Origin: a virus
Taxonomy: Duplodnaviria; Caudoviricetes
Strand: one strand, 5' to 3'
Length of the DNA: 37,325 nt
Virus record (IMG/VR): IMGVR_UViG_3300032283_000266
Span: 1 to 37,325 of that record
Part shown: positions 9,101 through 17,837 of the stretch, piece by piece
How the letters are laid out: each line of letters begins with the position of its first letter
How positions within the stretch are numbered: the stretch's first letter is position 1
Made by a program: the position numbers and the translations under genes
Notes under the pieces: generated by a model
Databases searched by the model: none
What the model saw: only the letters and a program-made list of their open reading frames with translations
What the model was told of the DNA's origin: nothing

Positions 9101-10970
9101 GTTGCACATTATTTTCTAAGAGATCTTCAATCTCAATTTCACCAGAGTCAATAGCTTCTTTATTAGCTATGTATTGATCCATAAACCGGTTTGTCCATGC
9201 TTCGTCAAAAGCTGGAGGCTTAACGTTCTCTGGTGGCTCTGGTGGCACGGGCGGTAAATCACCGCCATCAGGTGGCACCGGCGGCAAGTCTCCACCGTCG
9301 GGAGGTAAAGGTGGCAAGTCTCCACCGTCACTAGGCACCGGCGGCATGTCCGCCTCCTCAAGAGAAGTTGGAGGCAGATCGAGGGGAGCTGTTTGCGGAT
9401 CGAGGGGAGCTGGTGTTGGGGCCAGGGTTGTCGTTGGGTTTGGGTTGTACGCTTCTAAATACGCATTGCGCACTTTTTCTACTTCTGGTGTGAACCGACC
9501 AGTAGATAAATCATTTAGTGCTTGCGTTATTGGCAATTCAGCAATATCTTCGGCAATAAACCGTTGGCCTTTGTCTTGTACAGCTTTTATTGCTTGGAGT
9601 ATATCTATTTGGTTCTCAGGCGTTTGGCCTGCGTTAAACCATTTTTTAAAAAGTTCAGCGGAACTATTCTCTTTTGCTTTGGTTAATTTGCGAAACGAGG
9701 TGTCAGGCAAGACAATATTGTCAATTGTTACGATTTGCCTGGGTGCGGGAGCAGCAGCAGCAGCAGGAGCAATTGCTGAAGGCGCCCCAATGGCTTGTGG
9801 GCTTGGTGTCTGCAGTGCTGGATCTAGCGCCCGCCCAGGAACCGGCGGCTCTATTGCAGCAGCAGCCACATTCCCCATCGGTTGCACTGCTGTGCGGGGA
9901 AGGACCGGCGGTAATGGTGCAATGGGAGGTAATGGTGCAATTGGCGGCAGTATCGTCTGCTGTCTAACAACAGCCTCCTCCAAATTATTGTTGGCAGTTA
10001 CGGCTACAGGTAGCAGTTGCGCTCTCCTTGCTTCTGTTGGTGCTCCTTGTACGGCTTTTGTTGTTTGTACTGCTTTGAAGAAACGGAAAGCAACTTCAGC
10101 TCCAGTACCAAAAAGAGCTCCTTCAATAACGTTTTTAAACCTGCCGTCTAAGCCCACGTCTCTAGGGTCAGACTTTAAATAATCAACAGCTATATGTTTT
10201 AACGGCCCCATCTGCTCAAGCAGATCTGTTAGCCGTCCTTCGTATTGATCAAATGCAGCAAAATCAATTGCGGCACCAGTCGCGGCGGCTTTAGTAAGTG
10301 TGTTCTCTGCTATTGATTTACCAACAATTGCGGCACCAGGGACTTTGCTAATTTGCTGTACTGCCTTAGTCGCTTTTACAGCTTGCGTTGCCGCTTGCGT
10401 TGCACCTGTGACCTTGCTGGCACCAGGCAACATAGATAAGCCTTTACCAACAAGACCTACTCCTTTTGCTACTGGAACCCAAGACAGTGCAAACTGACCA
10501 ATACCAACAGCTAGGTCTTCAGCCGGGCCACTGCTTTTGGCTTTAGGCAGCGGAGGCATGATGCCTAGGAATGGCGCATCTGGCCTTTTAGCAGACGTAG
10601 GAGACGGCCTCCCTTGGATCTTGGCAATTGCTTCAGTACCAACATCGCTTAGTTCTTGAGCCGTATTACGCACGGTGCTGTAACCCATGCGTGTCAAACC
10701 ACGGGCAGCTCCAATAAGTGCACTACTTTCTTGGCCGCGATCATTTAGATCTTTAGCAAAACTTTGCAAGCCGGTTTGTACAGCTTGGCCCAAATTGGCT
10801 AAAGGATTATTAGACGGTGCAGGGGCAGCAACAGAAACAGGCTTTGGTGCAGGGGCCGCAATAGGTTTAGGTGCGGGCTTAGGTGCAGCCGGAGTTGCAT
10901 TAGCCGTAGGAAGCACATACTCTCTAGTGACTAAACCGGTTGTTGGATCTTTGGTTTCAACGTATGGCAT
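6150..10970 (-). CDS. Internal virion protein D (gp16-like ejection protein), 1606 aa
   Basis: Largest ORF, T7 synteny between gp15 and the fibre; PFxRTPxxI motif in the C-terminal half. Confidence 0.8.
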   Translation of the reverse strand: MPYVETKDPTTGLVTREYVLPTANATPAAPKPAPKPIAAPAPKPVSVAAPAPSNNPLANLGQAVQTGLQSFAKDLNDRGQESSALIGAARGLTRMGYSTVRNTAQELSDVGTEAIAKIQGRPSPTSAKRPDAPFLGIMPPLPKAKSSGPAEDLAVGIGQFALSWVPVAKGVGLVGKGLSMLPGASKVTGATQAATQAVKATKAVQQISKVPGAAIVGKSIAENTLTKAAATGAAIDFAAFDQYEGRLTDLLEQMGPLKHIAVDYLKSDPRDVGLDGRFKNVIEGALFGTGAEVAFRFFKAVQTTKAVQGAPTEARRAQLLPVAVTANNNLEEAVVRQQTILPPIAPLPPIAPLPPVLPRTAVQPMGNVAAAAIEPPVPGRALDPALQTPSPQAIGAPSAIAPAAAAAPAPRQIVTIDNIVLPDTSFRKLTKAKENSSAELFKKWFNAGQTPENQIDILQAIKAVQDKGQRFIAEDIAELPITQALNDLSTGRFTPEVEKVRNAYLEAYNPNPTTTLAPTPAPLDPQTAPLDLPPTSLEEADMPPVPSDGGDLPPLPPDGGDLPPVPPDGGDLPPVPPEPPENVKPPAFDEAWTNRFMDQYIANKEAIDSGEIEIEDLLENNVQRFESRSGATVYVPTIPEEAVAAYRAFSDVMSRVELTGNQVTNNATIAIRADKWLNSHGYNSKAILNTLKPLSGELKNYERNLVALRSLQLLTDARNYEAGVAANRFLNAGADSGSDMNQLIAELLTAAAEQKSVVSALEGITRPIGQLLYSLQGQRPEPGTLSFTNADVGADIEKWLTANEGIPIDESIGKALSPEAEQAIRTGDYGSPKVMQEIDQLARSMAQAAVTPGFAKGFWTEINKNIGIGSRGLVVYRAAQLLSSGATMWGNAINNVIRLVQLPVSQALGAGLQLDFNRAGQSMMIYGQYVKNLSEAYRLGTESFKAGRGLYDLDDTTVDFLDKAVRQDAVAQAEQATMLEQGVERQYQGSGEWTLNTTPWLDIQDKSMWAMAQKRMWQALNLSTRTQVALDTYFKTLAGSSFEYVRNLQPGLNRAQEMGMPKGSQEAWDFAKEYSQAAVNGATKNVVVDGRTILDAVMTSPHAQTAMRYATFTDDIMAEFEPGGAMAGDEMPFFARTFSAMPLVWQNLINLAPVFSIIQPFNRTPGDIVKSAARMTPGVNLFVDTFWRDINSTDPMTRDRAIGDVAVGTGAIALTVIAMSQGVAQFTGGGPQDPAAKQKWRDEGKTPYSFRVRIGTDENDLPIYSEYYSMRAFEPFASLFGGVADYIEVANKLPKEAREQMGSGLTMDLLAAVAAGQLSKTYYQGFTELYETLTGMDQMEQGPNKRNPLERYISRLVVSLTPFSSALRSTRRIADPYTRIVEPSDVEGGLGGMPMRMFEETRGELANLIPGWSTNLPPRLNWITGQPIVLSGIMGDQFLPPEYPWMGAVMQFMPWSPMSRGPKIDPVLQEMALLHGKGAQFKGPTAEDWGKQNRLSPREYNKYIELTAYVRDEFGRNLYQALQETMESDHYRSQPQEEISSQNASARATIIDGVISSFKQRGKQLYENQNPALTRQLNYIDGLNKDVQYRATYGQPNLSNFVEALR
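9241..9350 (-). repeat. 30-bp coding tandem repeat, ~3.5 copies (PPVPPDGGDL)
   Basis: MPPVPSDGGDLPPLPPDGGDLPPVPPDGGDLPPVPP in the gp16-like protein; 30-nt period visible in the DNA. Confidence 0.9.
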
Positions 10971-10972
10971 GG

Positions 10973-13807
10973 CTAAATACCTCTCATAAATCGTTGTGCT
11001 GCTTTGAAGTCTATCCCTCTCTCAAGGCCAGGTAATGACTTGCGTACTGTCGTTCCGTTGCTGTCAGCCCAATCAAGACCGCCTCTAGCAATGTTGCTTA
11101 CGTTGCCGGTAAGGATTGCTGCGTAAATTTCTTTAGCCCCATGGCCAGGCTTAACTCCGCGATCTTTTAAATACCTAACTACAGGACCAAGCATTTGTTG
11201 CTCAAACGTTTGGTTGGCGTTGTAGCCATAAGTCCTTCTTTCTGTAGGGCCAAACTGGATTAAACCTTGATAATTGCCACCTTCGCCGCCTTTAACAGTT
11301 GCTTTAAAGCCACTTTCTTTGTGTATTACAGCCGCAAGAACAATTGGGTCTATCCCTAACTGTTGGGCAGCCTCTCTGATAGCTGCAGCTTTACCTGTAA
11401 CATTGCCTGTTGGCGCAGGCAGAATTGGGTTTGCTGGTGGGTTAAGGGACGGGCTTGACGTGTTCTGCATTGCACTCCACATACGTTGTGCTCGTGCCAT
11501 ATCAGGTGTAATCATTCCCAACCCCATAGAGCCTCCTCCACTTACTGGAAGGGTCAAGGAAACCTTATCAAGTTCTTTTAGTTTCTCTTGCACTGGGGCA
11601 GGAAGTGGTTTGCCTGGGGCGTGCTTGTCATTTTGTTGCGTGAAATACTCCAATGGTGTAACCCCTAGACGCCTAATAATTTCTTTAGTGGTGCCGTCTA
11701 ATGGTTTGTTTCCCATGATATCGTCTAATTGTTTCCCAAAGATTGGTTCTGGGTATAGCGGCCCTGAACGATAGTTGCGCTTTACTTCCGCTGACGTCCG
11801 GTCTAATTTAGTCTTTACAGTTTCAGGCGTAGCGTAAGCTGGCTGCAGCTCTCTTCGCTGTGCTCTTTGCTGCTGTGGGGCAGTAGCTTTTAAGTACAAA
11901 TCATTTAAGTCATTACTTATATCAGCGCCCTTGGCTTTTTGTATAAGCTCAGTAGTTTGTCTGCGGTACTCACCGATTCGGTTGCTAATCTCAACGTTTT
12001 CCGCGGGGCTAATGCCAGGTTTTTTATCCCCATATCCAGAGGTTTCATATTCTTTTGTAAGCCTTGCCCTTAAATCTTTTTCGTTTTGATTTGCAAGTTT
12101 AAAGTTTGCGTTGTTAGCAGTGTCCATTCTTGCCTTTGCTGTATTTGTTAAGCGGGTATAGTCTTCTTGGCTAAGCTCGCCGCGTTCTTGTGCCCTTGCG
12201 TATTCGACCAACTCTTTCGCTGGCGTTGTTGTCGTCGGATCTCGCTGGTCAAATTCCCGTGCTTTAGCTTCTTGCACAGGCTTAACAACTGTTAAAGCCT
12301 TATTAGAGTACAAGTCCCCTAACGTTGCTAAATATGAGCTTAATCGCTCTGGATTATTTGCATAAGTTATTTCAGCTTGCCTCCTTAAATACGCAATTGA
12401 ATCCATTACTTGGCCCGGAGTTCCCATTGGGGCTGCTTTTACGTCATTAACAGCTGCGTCTTTCCCAATCGTGGCTTCGTTTCTATCAGAATCCGCTCTA
12501 TCGGCATTAAGACCTTTATTCATACCCCGAGCTATGTAAAGCGCTACTGCTTCAGGTGTCATGCCAAGTTGATTTATAAGCGGTTCTCCGTTAGGCCCGG
12601 CTGGGGTTTGATGCAGAGATTTAATTATATTGGGGATAAGGTTTTCTATTATTGCGGTACGGTTTGGTCTATTGCCTACGGCGGCAAGAGCACTTTCAAT
12701 AAGCCTGTCAGGCAATGTTGATTTTACGGTTTGGTATTGCCCAGGAGTTCCGCCTCCCTGTTGGAACCCATCCAGGCTCGCACCTAGTTTTCCGGCAAAG
12801 CCTTCAGAACTAATTGTGCCTGACGCTAATTCCGTCATGCTGCCACCTAACCCAACGTTAAATCCATTGAATAGTTTCTCGTCAGAATGTTTGGCATAAC
12901 GTGCGATTTGATCGCTATTAACCGAACCCATAAGGGCTTGAAACTGGGATTGATTCTCAAAGAAAGCCTTAGGCGTTGTATTGGCAGGTACAGCTAAACT
13001 CCGTTGCCATTCAATAAGTGCTGGGTCATTAGGAGGTACAGTCTCTAAAAGCCGACCGTCAGGCAATTTCTTTGTGTATGCAATTGTATTTTTAACTTCT
13101 GCCATCCTTTGCTTAAAATTTGAGTCGCCTAATTGCTCATTAAAATATCGTTGGCGTCTTGGGTCTAATGTTTTTAATAAATTCAAATCCGCTGCTCTTG
13201 TTGGGTCTACTGCTGCAGCCTTTTCTGCTGCAGCCAGCGCTTCCTTATAGCTGGTGTAACCCAACCCAGAGAATTGCGCTGCGACTTGCGCTCCTTCTGA
13301 AGCTGCTTTCTTCTCTTCTTGTTGACCTACTTCTTGGAATGTACGGCCAACTTGTTGTAAGTTTTGGTTGAATGACGATAACGCTTGAGCAAGATTAGCT
13401 AGGTCTTGATTTGGTTTAGGTTGTTCTGGCAGCCTAGGTAGCGCTGGCATTCCAGGTAAACTTATAAGCCCCGGTAATTCAGGAAGGCGCGGTAAATTTG
13501 GCAGGCTTGGCAAACTAGGATTACTTGGGATGCCTTGCATCTCAGTTGGCCTTGGCAATGCCGGTGCCCGAGGCAAGTTAGGCAATGCCGCCATTGAAGG
13601 TATCTTTGTTGGACCCCCAAGAGTTGGTGCGCCAACCGTTTGGTTTGTATCTACAGGTTTTGCTTGAGCCCTAAGAGCCGGCGTTGCTATTGATTGCTGC
13701 GCTAAGGCCCCGGCACTAGCTACCTCAGCAAGGCCGCCAAGTAATCGTTGCGCGGTTTCAGCGCCCGGGATCTTGCCAGTAGTTTGACCAGTACTAAGTT
13801 TTGCCAT
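10973..13807 (-). CDS. Internal virion protein C (gp15-like) with C-terminal lytic transglycosylase (SLT) domain
   Basis: Synteny; C-terminal AAQQLGIDPIVLAAVIHKESGF..GLIQF matches SLT motifs I/II. Confidence 0.8.
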   Translation of the reverse strand: MAKLSTGQTTGKIPGAETAQRLLGGLAEVASAGALAQQSIATPALRAQAKPVDTNQTVGAPTLGGPTKIPSMAALPNLPRAPALPRPTEMQGIPSNPSLPSLPNLPRLPELPGLISLPGMPALPRLPEQPKPNQDLANLAQALSSFNQNLQQVGRTFQEVGQQEEKKAASEGAQVAAQFSGLGYTSYKEALAAAEKAAAVDPTRAADLNLLKTLDPRRQRYFNEQLGDSNFKQRMAEVKNTIAYTKKLPDGRLLETVPPNDPALIEWQRSLAVPANTTPKAFFENQSQFQALMGSVNSDQIARYAKHSDEKLFNGFNVGLGGSMTELASGTISSEGFAGKLGASLDGFQQGGGTPGQYQTVKSTLPDRLIESALAAVGNRPNRTAIIENLIPNIIKSLHQTPAGPNGEPLINQLGMTPEAVALYIARGMNKGLNADRADSDRNEATIGKDAAVNDVKAAPMGTPGQVMDSIAYLRRQAEITYANNPERLSSYLATLGDLYSNKALTVVKPVQEAKAREFDQRDPTTTTPAKELVEYARAQERGELSQEDYTRLTNTAKARMDTANNANFKLANQNEKDLRARLTKEYETSGYGDKKPGISPAENVEISNRIGEYRRQTTELIQKAKGADISNDLNDLYLKATAPQQQRAQRRELQPAYATPETVKTKLDRTSAEVKRNYRSGPLYPEPIFGKQLDDIMGNKPLDGTTKEIIRRLGVTPLEYFTQQNDKHAPGKPLPAPVQEKLKELDKVSLTLPVSGGGSMGLGMITPDMARAQRMWSAMQNTSSPSLNPPANPILPAPTGNVTGKAAAIREAAQQLGIDPIVLAAVIHKESGFKATVKGGEGGNYQGLIQFGPTERRTYGYNANQTFEQQMLGPVVRYLKDRGVKPGHGAKEIYAAILTGNVSNIARGGLDWADSNGTTVRKSLPGLERGIDFKAAQRFMRGI
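13412..13600 (-). repeat. Polyproline-II-type array, 7x9 aa (residues 70-132 of gp15-like)
   Basis: Pro at 76, 85, 94, 103, 112, 121, 130, with hydrophobic-Pro-x triplets. Confidence 0.8.
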
Positions 13808-14952
13808 TATCGAGACTGCTTATAAACAGACGCAGCAGTCCCAACCAATGTGCCAGCACCTTCCAATATGTACGGTGTAGCGCTTGGGTCGGCTTGCTTC
13901 TGTCCTTTTATTGGGGCGGCCATTGGGATTGGAGCCATGGGAGTCATTGCTCGCAAAGGTTTAATAGGAGCCATGCCCTGAATTGGCTTCAGTGGATCTA
14001 ACGCTAGTATCGGCGGTAACGGAGCAATTGCTAGTATTGGCTTCATTGGGTTTAATGCCGCAATCGGTTTCATTGGATCAAGGATAGGCTGCCTGATATA
14101 AGCTTGCTGGCTAGCAATCCTGGAACCTCTAGTAGCAGCAGCCCCAAGTTTTTCTGCTTGCACTTGAGCTGTCGCAAACGCCAAATTACGGTCGGTTGCA
14201 AAATCAAATTGCGCTTGTTGACGTTCATAATTAGCGATCAAGCTTTCAATAGAATTCCCAACTCGGCCTGCCGCCCTTACGGAACCGCTAGCTTCCATCG
14301 CTTGGATGTTTGCTTGTTGCTTTTGTTGTGCTGCAACTTCTTGCTCTTGCATCAATCTAAGATTCAATGACCCCACTTCGTTTGCGTAAGCGCTGTCAGC
14401 TATTAGCCTTGTCTGTTGTATTAACGCTTGCTGTTGATCAAACCGTAAGTCTTCGTAGCTTTGTGCAGTTGCAGTCTGCATTTGCTGGTATTGGTAACCT
14501 TGCTGAGCGGCAAAATTAGCGTAGTCTGTCTCTTCTTTCTCTTGGAAGTATTGCTGCTCAACTTGAGCGTTAGCAAACTTTGTATTCTGTTGATTTTGAA
14601 AATATTGTTGCTTGATCTGGCTATTAACATACGATGTATTCTGTTGCGCCTGGAAGTAATCCTGGTCTGCCCTGGCATTAGCGTAAGCAGTGTCTTGCTG
14701 CGCTTGAAAGTACTGCCGATCTGCCTGCGCGTTAGCGTAAGCTTCTTCTTGTTTCGCTTGGAAATACTGCCGTTGCGCTTGGCGGTTAGCAGCGTCAACG
14801 TCTAGTTGCGTTTGGAAATAATCCATGTCAGCTTGAGCATTAGCAAAAGCAACATTGCTTTTTGCTTGCTGGTACGAGGACATTTGGCTACCAATGCCCA
14901 ATCCCCCCTGAACAACGGTGCTTGTAATACCAACGCTGACTGGATCACACAT
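13807..14952 (-). CDS. Internal virion protein B (gp14-like), repeat-expanded, 381 aa
   Basis: MCDP start with Gly-rich hydrophobic N-terminus, central A.G..GNS motif, hydrophobic C-terminus; synteny. Confidence 0.8.
   Translation of the reverse strand: MCDPVSVGITSTVVQGGLGIGSQMSSYQQAKSNVAFANAQADMDYFQTQLDVDAANRQAQRQYFQAKQEEAYANAQADRQYFQAQQDTAYANARADQDYFQAQQNTSYVNSQIKQQYFQNQQNTKFANAQVEQQYFQEKEETDYANFAAQQGYQYQQMQTATAQSYEDLRFDQQQALIQQTRLIADSAYANEVGSLNLRLMQEQEVAAQQKQQANIQAMEASGSVRAAGRVGNSIESLIANYERQQAQFDFATDRNLAFATAQVQAEKLGAAATRGSRIASQQAYIRQPILDPMKPIAALNPMKPILAIAPLPPILALDPLKPIQGMAPIKPLRAMTPMAPIPMAAPIKGQKQADPSATPYILEGAGTLVGTAASVYKQSR
13885..14082 (-). repeat. 9-aa Pro-rich array in gp14-like protein (residues 291-356)
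   Basis: PMKPI/PMKPI/PLPPI/PLKPI/PIKPL/PMAPI/PIKG; Pro every 9 residues from 293 to 356. Confidence 0.9.
14473..14874 (-). repeat. 18-aa (54-bp) helical array in gp14-like protein (residues 27-160)
   Basis: Tyr at 27, 45, 63, 81, 99, 117, 135, 153; Asn at 38, 56, 74, 92, 110, 128, 146; YFQ occurs six times. Confidence 0.95.
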
Positions 14953-15424
14953 GATTTACCTTGCAGAACTCCAGGAATAAACGACCTTCTACTCCCCAGT
15001 CTGGCCGTTTTGCAATAAAGGTAAACCCCATCCATTCAACCCAGCGGCGGTGCACAGCATTACGAGCATCCATGTAATTCCACAGCACGTCGTATTCACG
15101 GTGCATAGCATTTACCCAAGACCTACAACCTCTTAAGAACCGCATACGGTTAGTCGTATTCTCCACCAACGCATCAGTACCCAGCAACCATATTTGGCCT
15201 ACCCGGCTATTGAGTTCGTCTGGCACGACACCGCCCATTGCTAATGGTTCCCCTTGACTTGACACCATTGTGATGCATGGTTTGCCTTTCATGTAGCTAT
15301 GCAGCAACCCCACCCGTGGCTCCAGCCCGCTATTGGCTTTTACCTCAGCAACATCAGCAGCCCTCATCCGGTCTGCTATCCAAGCGATATCAGCTACAAC
15401 TGTTGACCTGAGTGGCGGGATCAT
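14945..15424 (-). CDS. Internal virion protein A (gp13-like, GNAT acetyltransferase-like fold)
   Basis: MRAADVAE..IWLLGT..LWNYMDARN..RWVEWMGF; start at 15424 chosen from the ATGA overlap with tail tubular B. Confidence 0.8.
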   Translation of the reverse strand: MIPPLRSTVVADIAWIADRMRAADVAEVKANSGLEPRVGLLHSYMKGKPCITMVSSQGEPLAMGGVVPDELNSRVGQIWLLGTDALVENTTNRMRFLRGCRSWVNAMHREYDVLWNYMDARNAVHRRWVEWMGFTFIAKRPDWGVEGRLFLEFCKVNHV

Positions 15425-17835
15425 AATCGTTGAGATCTGGTGTGGTAAAACCCTTCCCATTCGGCCGATTGAAAACGGCAAGGCAATGGGCTGCTGCTTG
15501 CCAATTGAATGACAGCGCTTATGTTTTCGGTCATTACGGGTACTCTAAACCTACCGGTAGCAACGCCAGGGGAACCAAGCAACGAGTTATCGCCAGGCAC
15601 TATTGCGTTGTAGGGGTAAGTGTTGGTGTCCCGTCCCTTTGGCGTAATCTTTATCTCAAAAGCCGAGGTGATATCAAATATCATGGTCCATGTACGCAGC
15701 TGCAACTTCGGCCCTGCTGCAATTGCAATGCCTCCGCCAGGTGGTTGCTCCTTTATGTATTGAGTGCTGAACTCGTACAGAAGATCGTACAACTCGCCTA
15801 CAAAAAACTTAGCTGCAGTCAAGTCGCCTCTTACGACCAAGGTGCCATTGCCGCCTGTGCCCCCTGCCAACGTCTGGCTGATAGGAATCAACACTTGGCC
15901 ATGTTGGACCGTATTGCCTGCAAAGAAGCGCCCTACAACCGCCATTGAGCTGGTGTTGTTGATTGGATACGGCAACGTAATAGTTGATTGAACGTCAAGA
16001 CCAGCCGGGTTTGTTAACGCTACGGTGCAATTAGCTTCTGTTGTCTTACGATCTAACAAGATCTCAATGTTAGTGCCAGCATCAACTGTTTCTGGACGCA
16101 GCGAGACACGTTCTAAGTAAACGCCGTCGGCATATTGGACGGTTAAGAACAGATCACTGTCAAGTACGTCAGCACCAATTATTTCTTTAACGCCTTCCAT
16201 CTCCCAGTACGACCATGCTGACTGCAACTTAGAGTCGTCTTGAAAGAAGAACTTGTATAAATACACTCGCCTTGGTTGGGTCTTACTAAGCAGCACCAAG
16301 CCTTCTTCTGATACAGTTGCGGTCATAGAACATATATTGTTCGGGATATAACGGGGGATAGCAGACGTAACTTCTTCCGACACAGGAGCAGGGCCGCTGC
16401 TATCTGGCAGGAAGAACTCCCTCACGCCAGTGTTATCACCTTTAGGTACAGCAAAGAAAATAGTACGGCCTAAAGCTATAGGGTCAACTGAATCAAGCAT
16501 CTCAAAAGTAGTAAGAGATGAAATGCTGGCTGTTTTAGGTGTCAAAGCTGCAGCAACGTTGCCAGTATCTAGCCGGAATTGGCTGTGACGGCTAAATAAC
16601 AACAACGAGTTAGCAAAAGCCAGGCTGCTAACGAGAAAGTTAATTTCTTGGCCGCCTGTTGCAATATCAATAGGATCGCTGTCAATAACAGTTTGCACTG
16701 TTTCCGGCCAGAAGCGGTCGTAAGAATCAGTAGCAGACAGAATTACGTTTTCGTCAGCTAGAAACGCCAAGCGATTCCTAAATAACTGTATGTTCTGAAT
16801 CTTGCTGCCAACAAAGCTTGGGTCAGGGGCCGTATCTACGTCGCCAGCCACTCGGCCTGACCAAGGGAAAACTTCAAAGGTAAACGTATCGTTAGCATTG
16901 CGTATAAGCACATGCGGCATTGTTGTTGCATCAAACAAATACGGGATGTTTGGGGCTACTGTCTCACGCCAAATGCCATGGCCAAACCCGCTGCCTGTAT
17001 TGGTTTCAAACTTTACGTAGTAATTATCTAGGCCGGTGGACTGGCTGCCTAAGACCTCTACAGTAAATCCATGTTCAGCAATAGTAGGTAAGTCCGACAA
17101 TGTATCGACTGTTCCTTTAATTGATATTGTCATTGCCCCGCTACGGGTATCTTTAGAGCTAAGCGTGTACGCTCCACCGTCTGCTTTAGTAATGCGGACA
17201 ATGTAGTCAGTACTTGTTACTGTGAAACTTCCGCCTAAAGCTGCTTGCAATGAAGCCGCAAGGTTGGTCGCAATTGTTACATTGCTTGGTGCGTTGCCAC
17301 CTGAATTCTGGGTTGTTTCTGTAACCGTAGTGGAATTAACAGTAATAGAATACGTCGTTGCATAATCAGCTGTCTTGATAAACACCATACTCTTGGTGCC
17401 CCAGTTAGTTGACAGCGTTCCTGCCATAACCGCGGTCTTTTCACGATTGACAATAAACGTGTAGTCAGCAATTGACGCTACCCTAAAAGCTGAACTTGGC
17501 TCTCCAGTAACAGTAAGGTAATTAAAGTTAGTAGTAGCGGTAACAGTTTTAACAGAACCATCTAACCCAAATACTTTCAACGCACCGTTTTGAATGAATA
17601 CTAAGTACTTAATTGTGCCGTCACGATCAACAATATGGGTAAAGGGCCTAGTTGCACCGGCACTACCGCTAATGATTTTGGCAAGGTTGTAGCAAGGTGG
17701 TCGTTTCTTTAGCCCTTCAACTGGGCTTGGCATACAGTTAATAACTTTTTCTGCTTGAGAAGCAAGGCGCAAAGCCGCTGGTTGCTGGCTTACCCCATTA
17801 ATCAAATTAGGAATTGAGCTACTGACCAGTGGCAT
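15421..17835 (-). CDS. Tail tubular protein B (gp12-like nozzle)
   Basis: MPLVSSSIPNLINGVSQQP, GLKKRPP, TMPHVL, FRNRLAFL, DSDPID, QSAWS motifs; 804 aa. Confidence 0.95.
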   Translation of the reverse strand: MPLVSSSIPNLINGVSQQPAALRLASQAEKVINCMPSPVEGLKKRPPCYNLAKIISGSAGATRPFTHIVDRDGTIKYLVFIQNGALKVFGLDGSVKTVTATTNFNYLTVTGEPSSAFRVASIADYTFIVNREKTAVMAGTLSTNWGTKSMVFIKTADYATTYSITVNSTTVTETTQNSGGNAPSNVTIATNLAASLQAALGGSFTVTSTDYIVRITKADGGAYTLSSKDTRSGAMTISIKGTVDTLSDLPTIAEHGFTVEVLGSQSTGLDNYYVKFETNTGSGFGHGIWRETVAPNIPYLFDATTMPHVLIRNANDTFTFEVFPWSGRVAGDVDTAPDPSFVGSKIQNIQLFRNRLAFLADENVILSATDSYDRFWPETVQTVIDSDPIDIATGGQEINFLVSSLAFANSLLLFSRHSQFRLDTGNVAAALTPKTASISSLTTFEMLDSVDPIALGRTIFFAVPKGDNTGVREFFLPDSSGPAPVSEEVTSAIPRYIPNNICSMTATVSEEGLVLLSKTQPRRVYLYKFFFQDDSKLQSAWSYWEMEGVKEIIGADVLDSDLFLTVQYADGVYLERVSLRPETVDAGTNIEILLDRKTTEANCTVALTNPAGLDVQSTITLPYPINNTSSMAVVGRFFAGNTVQHGQVLIPISQTLAGGTGGNGTLVVRGDLTAAKFFVGELYDLLYEFSTQYIKEQPPGGGIAIAAGPKLQLRTWTMIFDITSAFEIKITPKGRDTNTYPYNAIVPGDNSLLGSPGVATGRFRVPVMTENISAVIQLASSSPLPCRFQSAEWEGFYHTRSQRL

Positions 17836-17837
17836 GA

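Noticed and set aside
9346-10182. 278-aa + strand ORF and similar antisense ORFs within structural genes
   Set aside because: Antisense shadows of real genes; no motifs or initiation context.
14473-14874. 54-bp periodic array as CRISPR or DGR repeats
   Set aside because: It is in-frame coding with divergent codons and no unique spacers; no cas or reverse transcriptase gene is seen.
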